Shown piece by piece: positions 55,188 through 64,000 of a DNA stretch of 64,000 bases (within the stretch, counting starts at the first letter, position 1; each line of letters opens with the position of its first letter). The notes beneath the pieces were generated by a model. It was given only the letters and a program-made list of their open reading frames with translations. It did no database searches and was not told the origin of the DNA. Origin of the DNA: Anaerolineae bacterium (GTDB lineage Bacteria; Chloroflexota; Anaerolineae; S140-20); assembly GCA_027021705.1 (NCBI GenBank), contig JALUTT010000164.1, forward strand, positions 1 through 64,000, given 5' to 3'. The position numbers and the translations under genes were made by a program.

Positions 55188-58100
55188 CTACCGACCGCCT
55201 TCCTTCAAGAGCAAAGGAAGGAAGAGGACGTGTTGGAAGGGCTCCCCTCCCGACCCAGGTGACGCCAGCAAGAGGTAGGTGCCCAACGCCGTCACCGGCG
55301 CCACCACCGCTTGCTGCCCCTCGTCCAGATGGGCCGGGACCTCCACCCACGTCTGACGAACCGGGTCCCATCGGTAGAGCCCCAGGGCCTCCGGCCTCAC
55401 CGACGACGTGATGAGGGCGTCGTCGTAGTGCAGCTTTAGGACCGCCGGCCGCTCCAGGCTCGCCAACGCCCCCGACGCCGTGATGTCGTAGGGATGGCCC
55501 ACCGGCACCAACCCCTGAGGTGGCGGCCCCGGCACCGCCCCCGGCGGCGTGATCACCACGTAGGCTCCATCGCCCGGCAGGCTGCCGGACGCCAGGTGCA
55601 AACTCAGGTTCCCATCGTTGGCGTAGAGGTCCCAGCTTCGATCCCCGGTCACCCGATGCAGCCGGTAGGTGGCCTGCAACCAGACCAGCCGCTCACCCAC
55701 ACTCCCCACTGCCCGAATGCGCCCCATCCCCCGCGCCGTGGCCTCCAGAGAGACGGCCCCGCTATAGATGCCCGTGGCAGGGCTGTAGGCCAGGGTGGGA
55801 ACATAACCGGTCTCCCCGCCCGGCTCCGTGATGACAACGGTGGGGTCTGCGTCGGGGCCAAAGCCGAGCAGGAAGATCAGCAAGTCAATCCGGTCGGGGT
55901 CCTGGCCCGGCTCGGCCACCACCCGCAGGTGGGGGATCGAACCGGTGCTCTGGACTGCCGAACCGGTCACCGGGGCCATCGTCAGGTTGAGGGTCATCGC
56001 CGTTCCCACGGTGACGCTCCCCGCCAGCCCCCCGTCGAAAGAGGCAGCCCGCAACGTGTCTCCTGCAATGGCCCCGTAGACCGCCAGGCGGCCATTGCCG
56101 TCGGTGAACCCCTGGCCGATAACCCGCCCATCCTGTTTGTAGAGGGCGACGATGGCCCCCCAGTAAGGCCCTTGGGGACCGTAGACGGTCAACTGACGAG
56201 GAGGGGGTGAGGGACCTTCTTGATGGACCTGGACCAGGGGCCACGCCGGCAGGCTGGATGGCATCCCCTCGGGCCCGGCCACGACACCTCCCCGATCGGC
56301 CGGGGTTGCGAGCCGCCAGCGCGGTGGGTCTTGGACGTCCCCGTACATCCGGCCCAGCGTCTCCCAATCCGACTCGCCGCGAAGCTGCCATTGAGCCGTA
56401 TTCTCGCACCGGTCAGACCAGAGGCCGGGAACGCCCCGCATCGCCAGTTCGCTGCTGGTGTAGTGGTAATCCATCGCACTGGCGTTGGTCGCATCGGTAG
56501 CGGGATTGCGGTTCTCCGGTCCGGTGCAAGAGGCCGGCACCTCACCGATCAGATTCCCGTCCTGGTCGAACAAGTAAGCAAAGTACTCATCGTACAGGTA
56601 GAGGGCGTAGTGGCCAAACTCATGGGCCAGGGTACGGTAGCCTTCGGGCCGGTCCCACGCTCCCTGGTTGCTGCTGTGACCATCCCACCCCCGGCCTATC
56701 CGAATGACGTGGGACCTATCATCGGAGGTGATGCCCCCCACGTAAGCGTGGGGCCGGACGACGTTCTTGGTCGCCACCTGCACATCGGCCTCCGCCCAGT
56801 AAGCCCCATCGTCGTAGAGCGCCACCTGTCCCAAAGCCATCTGCCCATCGGTGAGGTCGTAGAGGTAGTCGGAGGCGTAGCGGACCGCCCGGGCGATCTC
56901 GTCCAGGTAGGCTTGGGTAGCATCCCATTCGATGGAGACGAGCAAATTGAAGAGGATGAGAGGGTGGCTCTCCCGAAGGACCAGTCGCTGCTCGCCGGAA
57001 CCGCTGACGACGAAGGGACGAGCGCTGCCGTCGGTATCCCAGATCAGGCTGGTCCGATAGACGCGGTAGGCCCAGCCCCCGTGGCCGGCCCGGGCCGTGG
57101 GTTGCTCCGCTTGGAGGGCCAGGGCGACCAGCGTGGTCCCCATATCCAGCGGACCGGCGTTGAGCAACCCGGCCCGGTCGGTGGTCCCAACGGCCTCGCC
57201 ATCGGCATAGACCGTGGCCCCGGCGACGGGATTGCCCCCCTCATCCACCACCCGAATGAACCAGGGAGCCGCCACCCGGAAGGGAGGACTCTTGCCGTCC
57301 TGGGCAGGCCATAGGATAGGACCAAGGCGGTAACCAGGCTGAGCCCGGATGCGGAAGACCACGTTGTCGCTCTTGATCAGGTCCGCGCCGGCGTCCCAGA
57401 CAAAGAGATGCGACGTTCCCTCAGGCGAGGCAGAAAGCGCCGTCGTCCCATCGCCGCCGGGACCAGGCGTGGCCGGGAACCACGCCCCCCCACCGTTGGG
57501 CGAGAACTCCGGGAAGATGCGGGCGACAGGATCCCCCTCGGGATCGAAGAGGGTGTACAGAATCGAGACCTGGGTTTGGGTGATGATGTGGGGAGTTGGA
57601 GCGAGGGGCGCGTCGTGAGTGGGCCCAGGGCGGGGGATGACCACGTAAGGGGGATCGTTCACCGACGGAGCAGGGGTCCGTCGGGGGTTCCGGTAGAGCA
57701 GATTCCGGCTGACACTGCTCACCGCCAGGTCCAGGTCCCCATCGCCATCGTAATCCCCCCAAGCCAGGCCGGGGGTGCTATCGGCCTCGGCCGAGGACCA
57801 GACAGCCTCGGTCGCCAGCACCCCTCCGTCGTTGCGGTAGAGCCGGTTGGGCTGGCGATGGTTGCCCGCAACCAGATCCAGGTCCCCGTCGCCGTCATAA
57901 TCCCCCCAGGCCAGGGCCGAGGTCCGATCCGACTCGTCCGAGGACCAGACCGCGCTGGTGGTCAGGACACCGTCGTCATTGCGGTAGAGCCGGTTGGGCT
58001 GCCCCGTCGCCGTCCCGTTGCCCACCGCCAGGTCCAGGTCTCCATCGCCGTCGTAGTCCCCCCATGAGAGGCTGGTGGTGTTGTCCTCCTCGGCCGAGGA

Positions 58101-59915
58101 CCAGACGGCTTCGGACGTCAGCACGCCGCCGTCGTTGCGGTAGAGCCGGTTGGATTGGCCGGCGAAGTCCGGTCGCCCGTTGCCCACCGCCAGGTCCAGG
58201 TCCCCATCGCCGTCGTAATCCCCCCAGGCAACGCTGCGGGTGGTGTCGGCCTCGTCGGAGGACCAGACCGCGCCGGTGGTCAGGACACCGTCGTCGTTGC
58301 GGTAGAGCCGGTTGGGCTGACCGTCGTTGCCCACGACCAGGTCCAGGTCCCCGTCGCCGTCGTAATCCCCCCAGGCGACGCTGCGGGTAGCGTCGGCCTC
58401 GTCGGAGGACCAGACCGCGCCGGTGGTCAGAACGCCGCCGTCATTGCGGTAGAGCCGGTTGGGTTGGCCGTCGTTGCCTACGGCCAAGTCCAGGTCCCCG
58501 TCGCCGTCGTAATCCCCCCAGGCGACGCTGCGGGTAGCGTCGGCCTCGTCGGAGGACCAGACCGCGCCGGTGGTCAGGACACCGTCGTCATTGCGGTAGA
58601 GCCGGTTGGGCTGCCCATCGTTGCCCACGACCAGGTCCAGGTCCCCGTCACCGTCGTAATCCCCCCAGGCCAAGCCGGAAGAAGGCTCCTCCTCGGCCGA
58701 GGTCCAAACCGGGCCGTCCAACACCACGCCGTCGTTGCGGTAGAGCCGGTTGGGCTGATTGAGGTTTCCTACCGCGATGTCCAAGTCTCCATCGTTATCG
58801 TAGTCCCCCCAGGCCACCCCTATCGTGTAGTCCACCTCGGCTGAGGTCCAGATGGCCTCGGCCGTCAACACACCACCGTCGTTGCGATAGATTCGGTTGG
58901 GCACCCCCCCGTGGGAACCGCCTCCCGTCAGCAGGTCCAGATCACCATCAGCATCGTAGTCCCCCCAGGCCACGCTCCAGATCAGATCCTGCTCGACAGA
59001 AGACCAGACGGCCCCGGTCGTCAGCATCCCACCGTCGTTGCGGTAGAGCCGATGGGGGGCCAGGCCGTTGCCGGCGACCAGGTCCAGGTCCCCGTCGCCG
59101 TCGTAGTCCCCCCAGCCGGCGTCGGTCGTGGGGTCCGACTCATCCGAGGACCAGACGGCGCTGGCCGTTAGCACACCGCCATCGTTGCGGTGGAGTTCGT
59201 TCACGCCGTTGCGCCCTACGGCCAGGTCCAGGTCTCCATCGTTGTCGTAGTCGCCCCAGAGCACGACGGACACGGGGTCCACGTCTGCCGAGGACCAGAC
59301 CGCGCCGGTCGTCAAGGTTCCCCCATCGTTGCGATAGAGCTGGATCGGCTGTCCCCCGTTCCCGACGGCCAGGTCCAGGTCCCCGTCGCCGTCGTAGTCC
59401 CCCCAGGCAACGCTGCGGGTGGTGTCGGCCTCCTCGGAGGACCAGACCGCGCCAGTGGTCAGGACGCCGCCGTCGTTGCGGTAGAGCCGGTTAGGCTGAC
59501 CCTCGTTGCCCACCGCCAGGTCTAGGTCCCCGTCGCCGTCGTAATCCCCCCAGGCAACGCTGCGGGTGGTGTCGGCCTCCTCGGAGGTCCAAACGGCCAC
59601 CGTGGTCAGCACGCCATGATCGTTGCGGTACAGGTGGTTGGGGCCGTTGTTGCCCACGACCAGGTCCAGGTCTCCGTCGTTGTCGTAGTCCCCCCAGGCT
59701 ATGCTCCTGGTCACGGCCGCCTCTGTGGACACCCAGGCCGACGTGAAGGCAGGCGGGTCGGTCTGGGCCGCAAGGCGCCGATGGGGAGACAACAAGGGCA
59801 GAAGAAGGATCGAGAGGGTGAGCCAGAGGCCAACGTTCCTCCGGCGATTGCCTTCAGAGGTGATGGCCGGCGGGGTGGCCGGTCTACTGCCGGATGAGAG
59901 AGGTCTATCGGACAT
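55188..59915 (-). CDS. Secreted FG-GAP/VCBS double-propeller plus CLCA-like HExxH metalloprotease, ZU5-like domain, C-terminal LFLPLLLK
   Basis: Fourteen WGDYD.DGDLD repeats. ASDYLYDLTDGQM, TLAHEFGHYALYLYDEY, ASAMDY and SDWETL. Confidence 0.9.
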   Translation of the reverse strand: MSDRPLSSGSRPATPPAITSEGNRRRNVGLWLTLSILLLPLLSPHRRLAAQTDPPAFTSAWVSTEAAVTRSIAWGDYDNDGDLDLVVGNNGPNHLYRNDHGVLTTVAVWTSEEADTTRSVAWGDYDGDGDLDLAVGNEGQPNRLYRNDGGVLTTGAVWSSEEADTTRSVAWGDYDGDGDLDLAVGNGGQPIQLYRNDGGTLTTGAVWSSADVDPVSVVLWGDYDNDGDLDLAVGRNGVNELHRNDGGVLTASAVWSSDESDPTTDAGWGDYDGDGDLDLVAGNGLAPHRLYRNDGGMLTTGAVWSSVEQDLIWSVAWGDYDADGDLDLLTGGGSHGGVPNRIYRNDGGVLTAEAIWTSAEVDYTIGVAWGDYDNDGDLDIAVGNLNQPNRLYRNDGVVLDGPVWTSAEEEPSSGLAWGDYDGDGDLDLVVGNDGQPNRLYRNDDGVLTTGAVWSSDEADATRSVAWGDYDGDGDLDLAVGNDGQPNRLYRNDGGVLTTGAVWSSDEADATRSVAWGDYDGDGDLDLVVGNDGQPNRLYRNDDGVLTTGAVWSSDEADTTRSVAWGDYDGDGDLDLAVGNGRPDFAGQSNRLYRNDGGVLTSEAVWSSAEEDNTTSLSWGDYDGDGDLDLAVGNGTATGQPNRLYRNDDGVLTTSAVWSSDESDRTSALAWGDYDGDGDLDLVAGNHRQPNRLYRNDGGVLATEAVWSSAEADSTPGLAWGDYDGDGDLDLAVSSVSRNLLYRNPRRTPAPSVNDPPYVVIPRPGPTHDAPLAPTPHIITQTQVSILYTLFDPEGDPVARIFPEFSPNGGGAWFPATPGPGGDGTTALSASPEGTSHLFVWDAGADLIKSDNVVFRIRAQPGYRLGPILWPAQDGKSPPFRVAAPWFIRVVDEGGNPVAGATVYADGEAVGTTDRAGLLNAGPLDMGTTLVALALQAEQPTARAGHGGWAYRVYRTSLIWDTDGSARPFVVSGSGEQRLVLRESHPLILFNLLVSIEWDATQAYLDEIARAVRYASDYLYDLTDGQMALGQVALYDDGAYWAEADVQVATKNVVRPHAYVGGITSDDRSHVIRIGRGWDGHSSNQGAWDRPEGYRTLAHEFGHYALYLYDEYFAYLFDQDGNLIGEVPASCTGPENRNPATDATNASAMDYHYTSSELAMRGVPGLWSDRCENTAQWQLRGESDWETLGRMYGDVQDPPRWRLATPADRGGVVAGPEGMPSSLPAWPLVQVHQEGPSPPPRQLTVYGPQGPYWGAIVALYKQDGRVIGQGFTDGNGRLAVYGAIAGDTLRAASFDGGLAGSVTVGTAMTLNLTMAPVTGSAVQSTGSIPHLRVVAEPGQDPDRIDLLIFLLGFGPDADPTVVITEPGGETGYVPTLAYSPATGIYSGAVSLEATARGMGRIRAVGSVGERLVWLQATYRLHRVTGDRSWDLYANDGNLSLHLASGSLPGDGAYVVITPPGAVPGPPPQGLVPVGHPYDITASGALASLERPAVLKLHYDDALITSSVRPEALGLYRWDPVRQTWVEVPAHLDEGQQAVVAPVTALGTYLLLASPGSGGEPFQHVLFLPLLLKEGGR

Positions 59916-59936
59916 CGGCGGTCTCCCTTCTTGCGC

Positions 59937-61220
59937 TCACCGGAGCACCACCGGCAGGTAGACCTGGTACGCTGCCACCTGCCAGCTCAGTTCCCAGAGG
60001 TCGAGGCGCGGTGTCGCGCCGGCCACCGTTGAGGAGAACGTAGCCCGTAGCCGGAGGGCAGGGTATTGGTGAGGATCGAGATGGCTAAGGTGGGTCCTGC
60101 TGACAACGTGGGTCAACAGCACCGTGCCGTTCAGGTCCAAGAGGTCCACCGTCAGCGTCGCGGTGGGAGGGCTCACCACGGCGGTGAAAGTCAAGCTCCC
60201 CCAGGCGGCTATCGCCATCGAGGGGGTGATGGGCTGCGAGAGGATGGTTCCCTCCCCCGGCGTGTTCGCCAGGACCACCCCCTGCTCGTCTGGAGATCCG
60301 CCGAGGGTCACGTTGGCGCTCCCCGCCGGGTCAAGACCGCTGAAATCGTCGAAGTCGTCCCGCCACACCGGGGTGCTCATCAGAGCGTAGGTGGTGAAGC
60401 GCGACGTGGCGACTGTGAGATAGCGCTGCGCGGAGAAGAGCCGCCCTCCCAACCTCTCCCAGCGTCGGTGGAAGGCATCCCAGGCGAAGATGGCCAAGGT
60501 ATGCGGGTCGGCGCCGGCCAACGTTGTCTCGTCGTAGTAAAACCGCAAGTCCATCGGCCTGTTGGTCACGAGGAGGGCACCGGCAGCCCGCACACTGTAG
60601 GGGCTGCCCACAAGGCGGTGGCCGGGAGGAGGCGGACCGGGAGGCGCGAAACCGGGCACGATGACCACGTAGGTATCGGCAGGAAGGGTATCCGTGCCGA
60701 CCAGGGTCAGTTGCAGGTTGCCATCCACGGAACGGATCGTCTGGAGGGTCGAGGCAGGCACGTAAGCCCGGTAGAAGTCCACCGTCCCCGTATCCAGGCC
60801 CGTCGTCGTGGTGATGCTCAGCGGTCCCGAGGCCCCGGTTCCCGGCGTGAAGCCCGGCGCCGTCGTGGTGTAGAGCTGGTCGGTATCCGAGTAGACCATC
60901 GTGTACGAATCCTTGTCGTGGCCGGGACCGATGCCCACGTTAAGGAATACATCCCCATCCAGCTTCCCCACGCCTCCCGCCTTGATGAAAAGCGCCGTCC
61001 CATCCTGGCTGGGCACAACGTCGAGGAAGGGAGCGAGGGCAGATGCTTGCTGCTTCAAAGGAGGGGCACCACCTGTCGGTTCCGGGGCCGGCACCTGCCC
61101 GGCCACTGGCCTGACCGCGCTTTTGGCGGTAGAATAGAGGGTAGCCCCGGTCATCAAGAGGAGGCCGAGCAACAAGGTGATCAACCGCGTGTAACCGTTG
61201 GGACGATGCTTAGAGATCAT
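59937..61220 (-). CDS. Secreted protein with ZU5-like domain, homologous to the C-terminal part of the downstream gene; ends VYLPVVLR
   Basis: GGAG RBS, ATG 61220 (MISKHRPNG) and signal peptide. DGNLQL...PGPPPPG..LVGSPY.V.A.GA...L..YDE...LAIFAWD...W. Confidence 0.85.
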   Translation of the reverse strand: MISKHRPNGYTRLITLLLGLLLMTGATLYSTAKSAVRPVAGQVPAPEPTGGAPPLKQQASALAPFLDVVPSQDGTALFIKAGGVGKLDGDVFLNVGIGPGHDKDSYTMVYSDTDQLYTTTAPGFTPGTGASGPLSITTTTGLDTGTVDFYRAYVPASTLQTIRSVDGNLQLTLVGTDTLPADTYVVIVPGFAPPGPPPPGHRLVGSPYSVRAAGALLVTNRPMDLRFYYDETTLAGADPHTLAIFAWDAFHRRWERLGGRLFSAQRYLTVATSRFTTYALMSTPVWRDDFDDFSGLDPAGSANVTLGGSPDEQGVVLANTPGEGTILSQPITPSMAIAAWGSLTFTAVVSPPTATLTVDLLDLNGTVLLTHVVSRTHLSHLDPHQYPALRLRATFSSTVAGATPRLDLWELSWQVAAYQVYLPVVLR

Positions 61221-61309
61221 CTTTCTACTCCTACGGGGATGACGACCGTTCCTCACCCCTTTCCCCGGCCGGGGCGCGTCCTGAGCCATCCATAGGAGAG
61301 GACACGCCG

Positions 61310-63655
61310 ATGCCAACCCCAGCAGAGGAACCAGGACGAGGCCTGATCAACGCCTTCTTCACCGCTCTTAACACCCGCCACTTGGATCGGTGTGAGGCCG
61401 CTTTAGACCAACTCGAAGCTTTGGCCCGTCATCAGCCGGCCTATGCCCCTTGGTGCACCTACCTCCGAGGCATCCTGATCAACGAACGGGACTGCGACTG
61501 GGCCGAGGCCGAGGCGATCTTCAGCCGTCTATTGGAGACAGACCTGGAGCCTGCGTTGCACGGTCGGGTGCTCCTGGCTCTGGGGCGGTCGTACCAGTAC
61601 CAAGGCCGTTGGCAGGAAGCCCTCCACACCTATGAAGCTGCCGTTTCCCTCTTCATCGAGCTCAACCGACCTGTTGACCAAGCTAAGGCGTGGAAACAGA
61701 TGGCGATTTGCTGCCGACGCGGGTTCACTCAGGGCGACTTCAACGCGGCTGCCCTGGACCAAGGGATCACCTACTGTCGGCGGGCTTTGGACCTGCTGGA
61801 GGCCATTGAAGCGCCTTCACCGAGCGTGGTCTGGCTGATCGGTTCCGTGTGGAACACCCTGGGGCTCATCCACCGGAGCCTGCGCCAATGGGATGAGGCC
61901 ATCGCCTGCTATCAACGGGACCTGGCCCTCTGCCGCTCTCTAGGCGACCGCCTGGGCGAAGGACTCTCTTACGGCAACCTGGGCGAGGTCTACCAGAGGC
62001 GTGGGCCGGATACTTGGCCCCAGGCTCTGGATGCCTACCGGCAGGCCCTGGCAATCATCCGAGAGTTCGATGATCGCTACGAAGAGATTGAAGTCCTGGC
62101 CAATCTAGGCTCCCTGCACCGGGAAATGGGGAAGCCGGTACGGGCCTTGGAGCACTATGACCGGGCCATCGGCCTGATTGAAGCGCTGCGGGCTGGTGCT
62201 TCATCGGAGGAAGCCCGCGCCGGGTTTCTGGCGACAACGGTAGATGTCTACGCCAACACCGTGTTGCTCTGCCTAGAGATGGAGCGAGGTGATCAGGCTT
62301 TCGATTACGGGGAACGGGCCCGGTCACGGGCTTTCCTCGACGTCCTGGTGTCTCACTCGCCGGCCCTCGCCCGCCGGATGGTGGCGGTGCCGACAACGCT
62401 GGCCCAGGTCCAGGCAGCCCTCCCCCCCGATGCCTTGCTGTTGGAGTACTTTACCACCGGTCTGGTGGAAGCCCAGGATCGCCGGCCGGCCTCGTCCCAT
62501 CGCCAGGTCTACCGCCACCGCTTCCCCCCGGCCCGGACGCTGATCTTCGCCATCACCCGACAGGGCTTCTGGGTCCACGACACGGGCCTCTCTCCCAACG
62601 ACCTGCTTCCCCGCCGGCTCGACAGCGTCGTAGAGCGGCATTTCTTGAAGCCAGAACTCCGGCGTCGGCTATACGATCATCTCATCGCTCCGGTGGAACC
62701 GCTCCTCCGAGGCCGGCGTCGGCTCTACCTGGTCCCCCACGGTCCCCTCCACTACATCCCCTTCCAGGCTCTCATCGCTCCCGACGGAGATACGCTACTG
62801 CGGGAAGGAGGTCCCTCGTTCGTCTACGCCCCCAGCGCGACCTTTCTCCTCCATAGCCGGCAGCGAACGGAAGGAGCCGCGCCTGCCCCTCTCTTGGCAC
62901 TGGGCTACAATGGACAGGACCGGATGGCCCTGCGCTTTGCAGAAGCGGAAGCCCAGCGTGTTGCCCAGGTCACCGGAGGGCGAGCTCTGATCGGCCCTAC
63001 GCCCAAGAAGGCAATCCTCTATCGGGAAGCAGCCGGTCACCAGGTGCTCCACATCTCCTGCCACGGTGAGTTCGACCCCGATCTCCCCCTGGCCTCTGCC
63101 CTCTACCTAGGCCCCGGAGAGACCCTGACGGCGATGGAAGTGCTAGAGCACCTTCGTCTGCGCTGTGATTTGGTGGTTCTGAGCGCCTGTGAGAGCGGTC
63201 TCAGTCGGGTGCGCCGGGGAGATGAGTTGATCGGCCTGACGCGGGCCTTTTTCTACGCAGGCACTTCGGCATTGCTTTCCACCCTGTGGCGAGTGGACGA
63301 ACGCTCAACCCTGATCCTGATGGAGCAGTTCTACCAGGGCCTGCAGGCCGGGCTGGGCTTTGCCGACGCTCTCAGCCGGGCTCAGCTCTACCTGAAGAGC
63401 CTGTCCCGGCGCGAAGCTTCGAAGCTCCTAGAGCGCTTCCTGCTGGAGGACTCCGCCTCAGCTTGGCCGACCCTTTTCGAGGTCTTGCGCCGGCCCCAGA
63501 CCCATCCCAAGGGATGGGCAGAATCGGCGATGGACGAGCAGACCGGGCTGGGATGGGCGAGGAGGCACGAGGAACGCCCCTTTGCCGATCCGTACCACTG
63601 GGCTCCTTTCATCCTTACAGGAGATCGCACCCTGTTAGGAGTAGAGGTGAGGTGA
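61310..63655 (+). CDS. TPR-CHAT (caspase-like) protease
   Basis: AGGAG RBS and TPR repeats (NTLGLIH, GNLGEVY, ANLGSLH). ERARSRAFLD, VPHGPLHYIPFQAL, catalytic HISCHG and LSACES, STLWRVD, PYHWAPF. Confidence 0.93.
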   Translation: MPTPAEEPGRGLINAFFTALNTRHLDRCEAALDQLEALARHQPAYAPWCTYLRGILINERDCDWAEAEAIFSRLLETDLEPALHGRVLLALGRSYQYQGRWQEALHTYEAAVSLFIELNRPVDQAKAWKQMAICCRRGFTQGDFNAAALDQGITYCRRALDLLEAIEAPSPSVVWLIGSVWNTLGLIHRSLRQWDEAIACYQRDLALCRSLGDRLGEGLSYGNLGEVYQRRGPDTWPQALDAYRQALAIIREFDDRYEEIEVLANLGSLHREMGKPVRALEHYDRAIGLIEALRAGASSEEARAGFLATTVDVYANTVLLCLEMERGDQAFDYGERARSRAFLDVLVSHSPALARRMVAVPTTLAQVQAALPPDALLLEYFTTGLVEAQDRRPASSHRQVYRHRFPPARTLIFAITRQGFWVHDTGLSPNDLLPRRLDSVVERHFLKPELRRRLYDHLIAPVEPLLRGRRRLYLVPHGPLHYIPFQALIAPDGDTLLREGGPSFVYAPSATFLLHSRQRTEGAAPAPLLALGYNGQDRMALRFAEAEAQRVAQVTGGRALIGPTPKKAILYREAAGHQVLHISCHGEFDPDLPLASALYLGPGETLTAMEVLEHLRLRCDLVVLSACESGLSRVRRGDELIGLTRAFFYAGTSALLSTLWRVDERSTLILMEQFYQGLQAGLGFADALSRAQLYLKSLSRREASKLLERFLLEDSASAWPTLFEVLRRPQTHPKGWAESAMDEQTGLGWARRHEERPFADPYHWAPFILTGDRTLLGVEVR

Positions 63656-63784
63656 GGTTGACAGAAGGGATGGGGGCTACTGTGATCCCACGCTCCGCGC
63701 GGGGACTTTCCCGTTCTCTAGCTGAAGAGGAGAAGATGGACAGTGGATCCCCAATCCTTACTCTTACGGTAACCACCGCGAGAG

Positions 63785-64000
63785 TCAGGACCGGGGTGTG
63801 ATCTCGAGGGCAAGATAGGCCAAGTCGTCTCTGAGGACCCGCTCGAAAAGCACCAGGCCGAAAGCGTCGGTCTGTCGAATTCCTAGAATCGTTTTCCCCC
63901 GCCTAAGAGCCACCGTTGTACCTGCCAGATAAGGCCATCCCCCTTTGCTGGGAATGTTGACCTCGACGGTCAGTGTGCAGTAAGCCGAATCAGCCTGTTC
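63785..64000 (-). CDS. 5'-partial hypothetical protein (C-terminal beta-sandwich), convergent with TPR-CHAT
   Basis: Open from the edge: EQADSAYCTLTVEVNIPSKGGWPYLAGTTVALRRGKTILGIRQTDAFGLVLFERVLRDDLAYLALEITPRS*. The V.L...TD.FG...F pattern is typical of prealbumin/Cna-like folds. Confidence 0.65.
   Translation of the reverse strand, partial: EQADSAYCTLTVEVNIPSKGGWPYLAGTTVALRRGKTILGIRQTDAFGLVLFERVLRDDLAYLALEITPRS

Noticed and set aside
63935..63950. Suspected frameshift in the G-run of the edge ORF
   Set aside because: A recount gives five G, so the frame is intact.

Overview
GC-rich bacterial window, most consistent with Chloroflexota/Anaerolineae (inferred from protein content). It is almost entirely an accessory island of large, modular, secreted or surface proteins. 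These carry Ig/DUF11, LVIVD, SBBP and FG-GAP propellers, vWA, CARDB, PKD, an S8 protease and a CLCA-like HExxH metalloprotease. Nine of them carry the short motif [VIL]-[YF]-[LI]-P-[LMV]-x-x-[KRQ]: six at the C-terminus and three internally, where it is followed by one more domain. Three others carry LPxAG sortase-type anchors. A ~1 kb near-identical direct repeat starts at the codons for this motif, suggesting cassette shuffling. The left part holds two divergent, inverted paralogues of a multi-TM/sigma4-like HTH regulator with a ~400 bp apparently identical core. They flank a penicillin-acylase-family gene and a 10-bp-periodic repeat array, and each is followed by the same 11-bp-spaced TTGGTCAA-like direct repeat next to a sigma70-type promoter. 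The right end has an intact-dyad TPR-CHAT protease. Also present: an IS4/IS701-type transposase remnant, a decayed CARDB gene, and two edge-truncated CDSs missed by the ORF track. No rRNA, tRNA or CRISPR array was seen. All domain calls come from reading motifs by eye, not from database searches.
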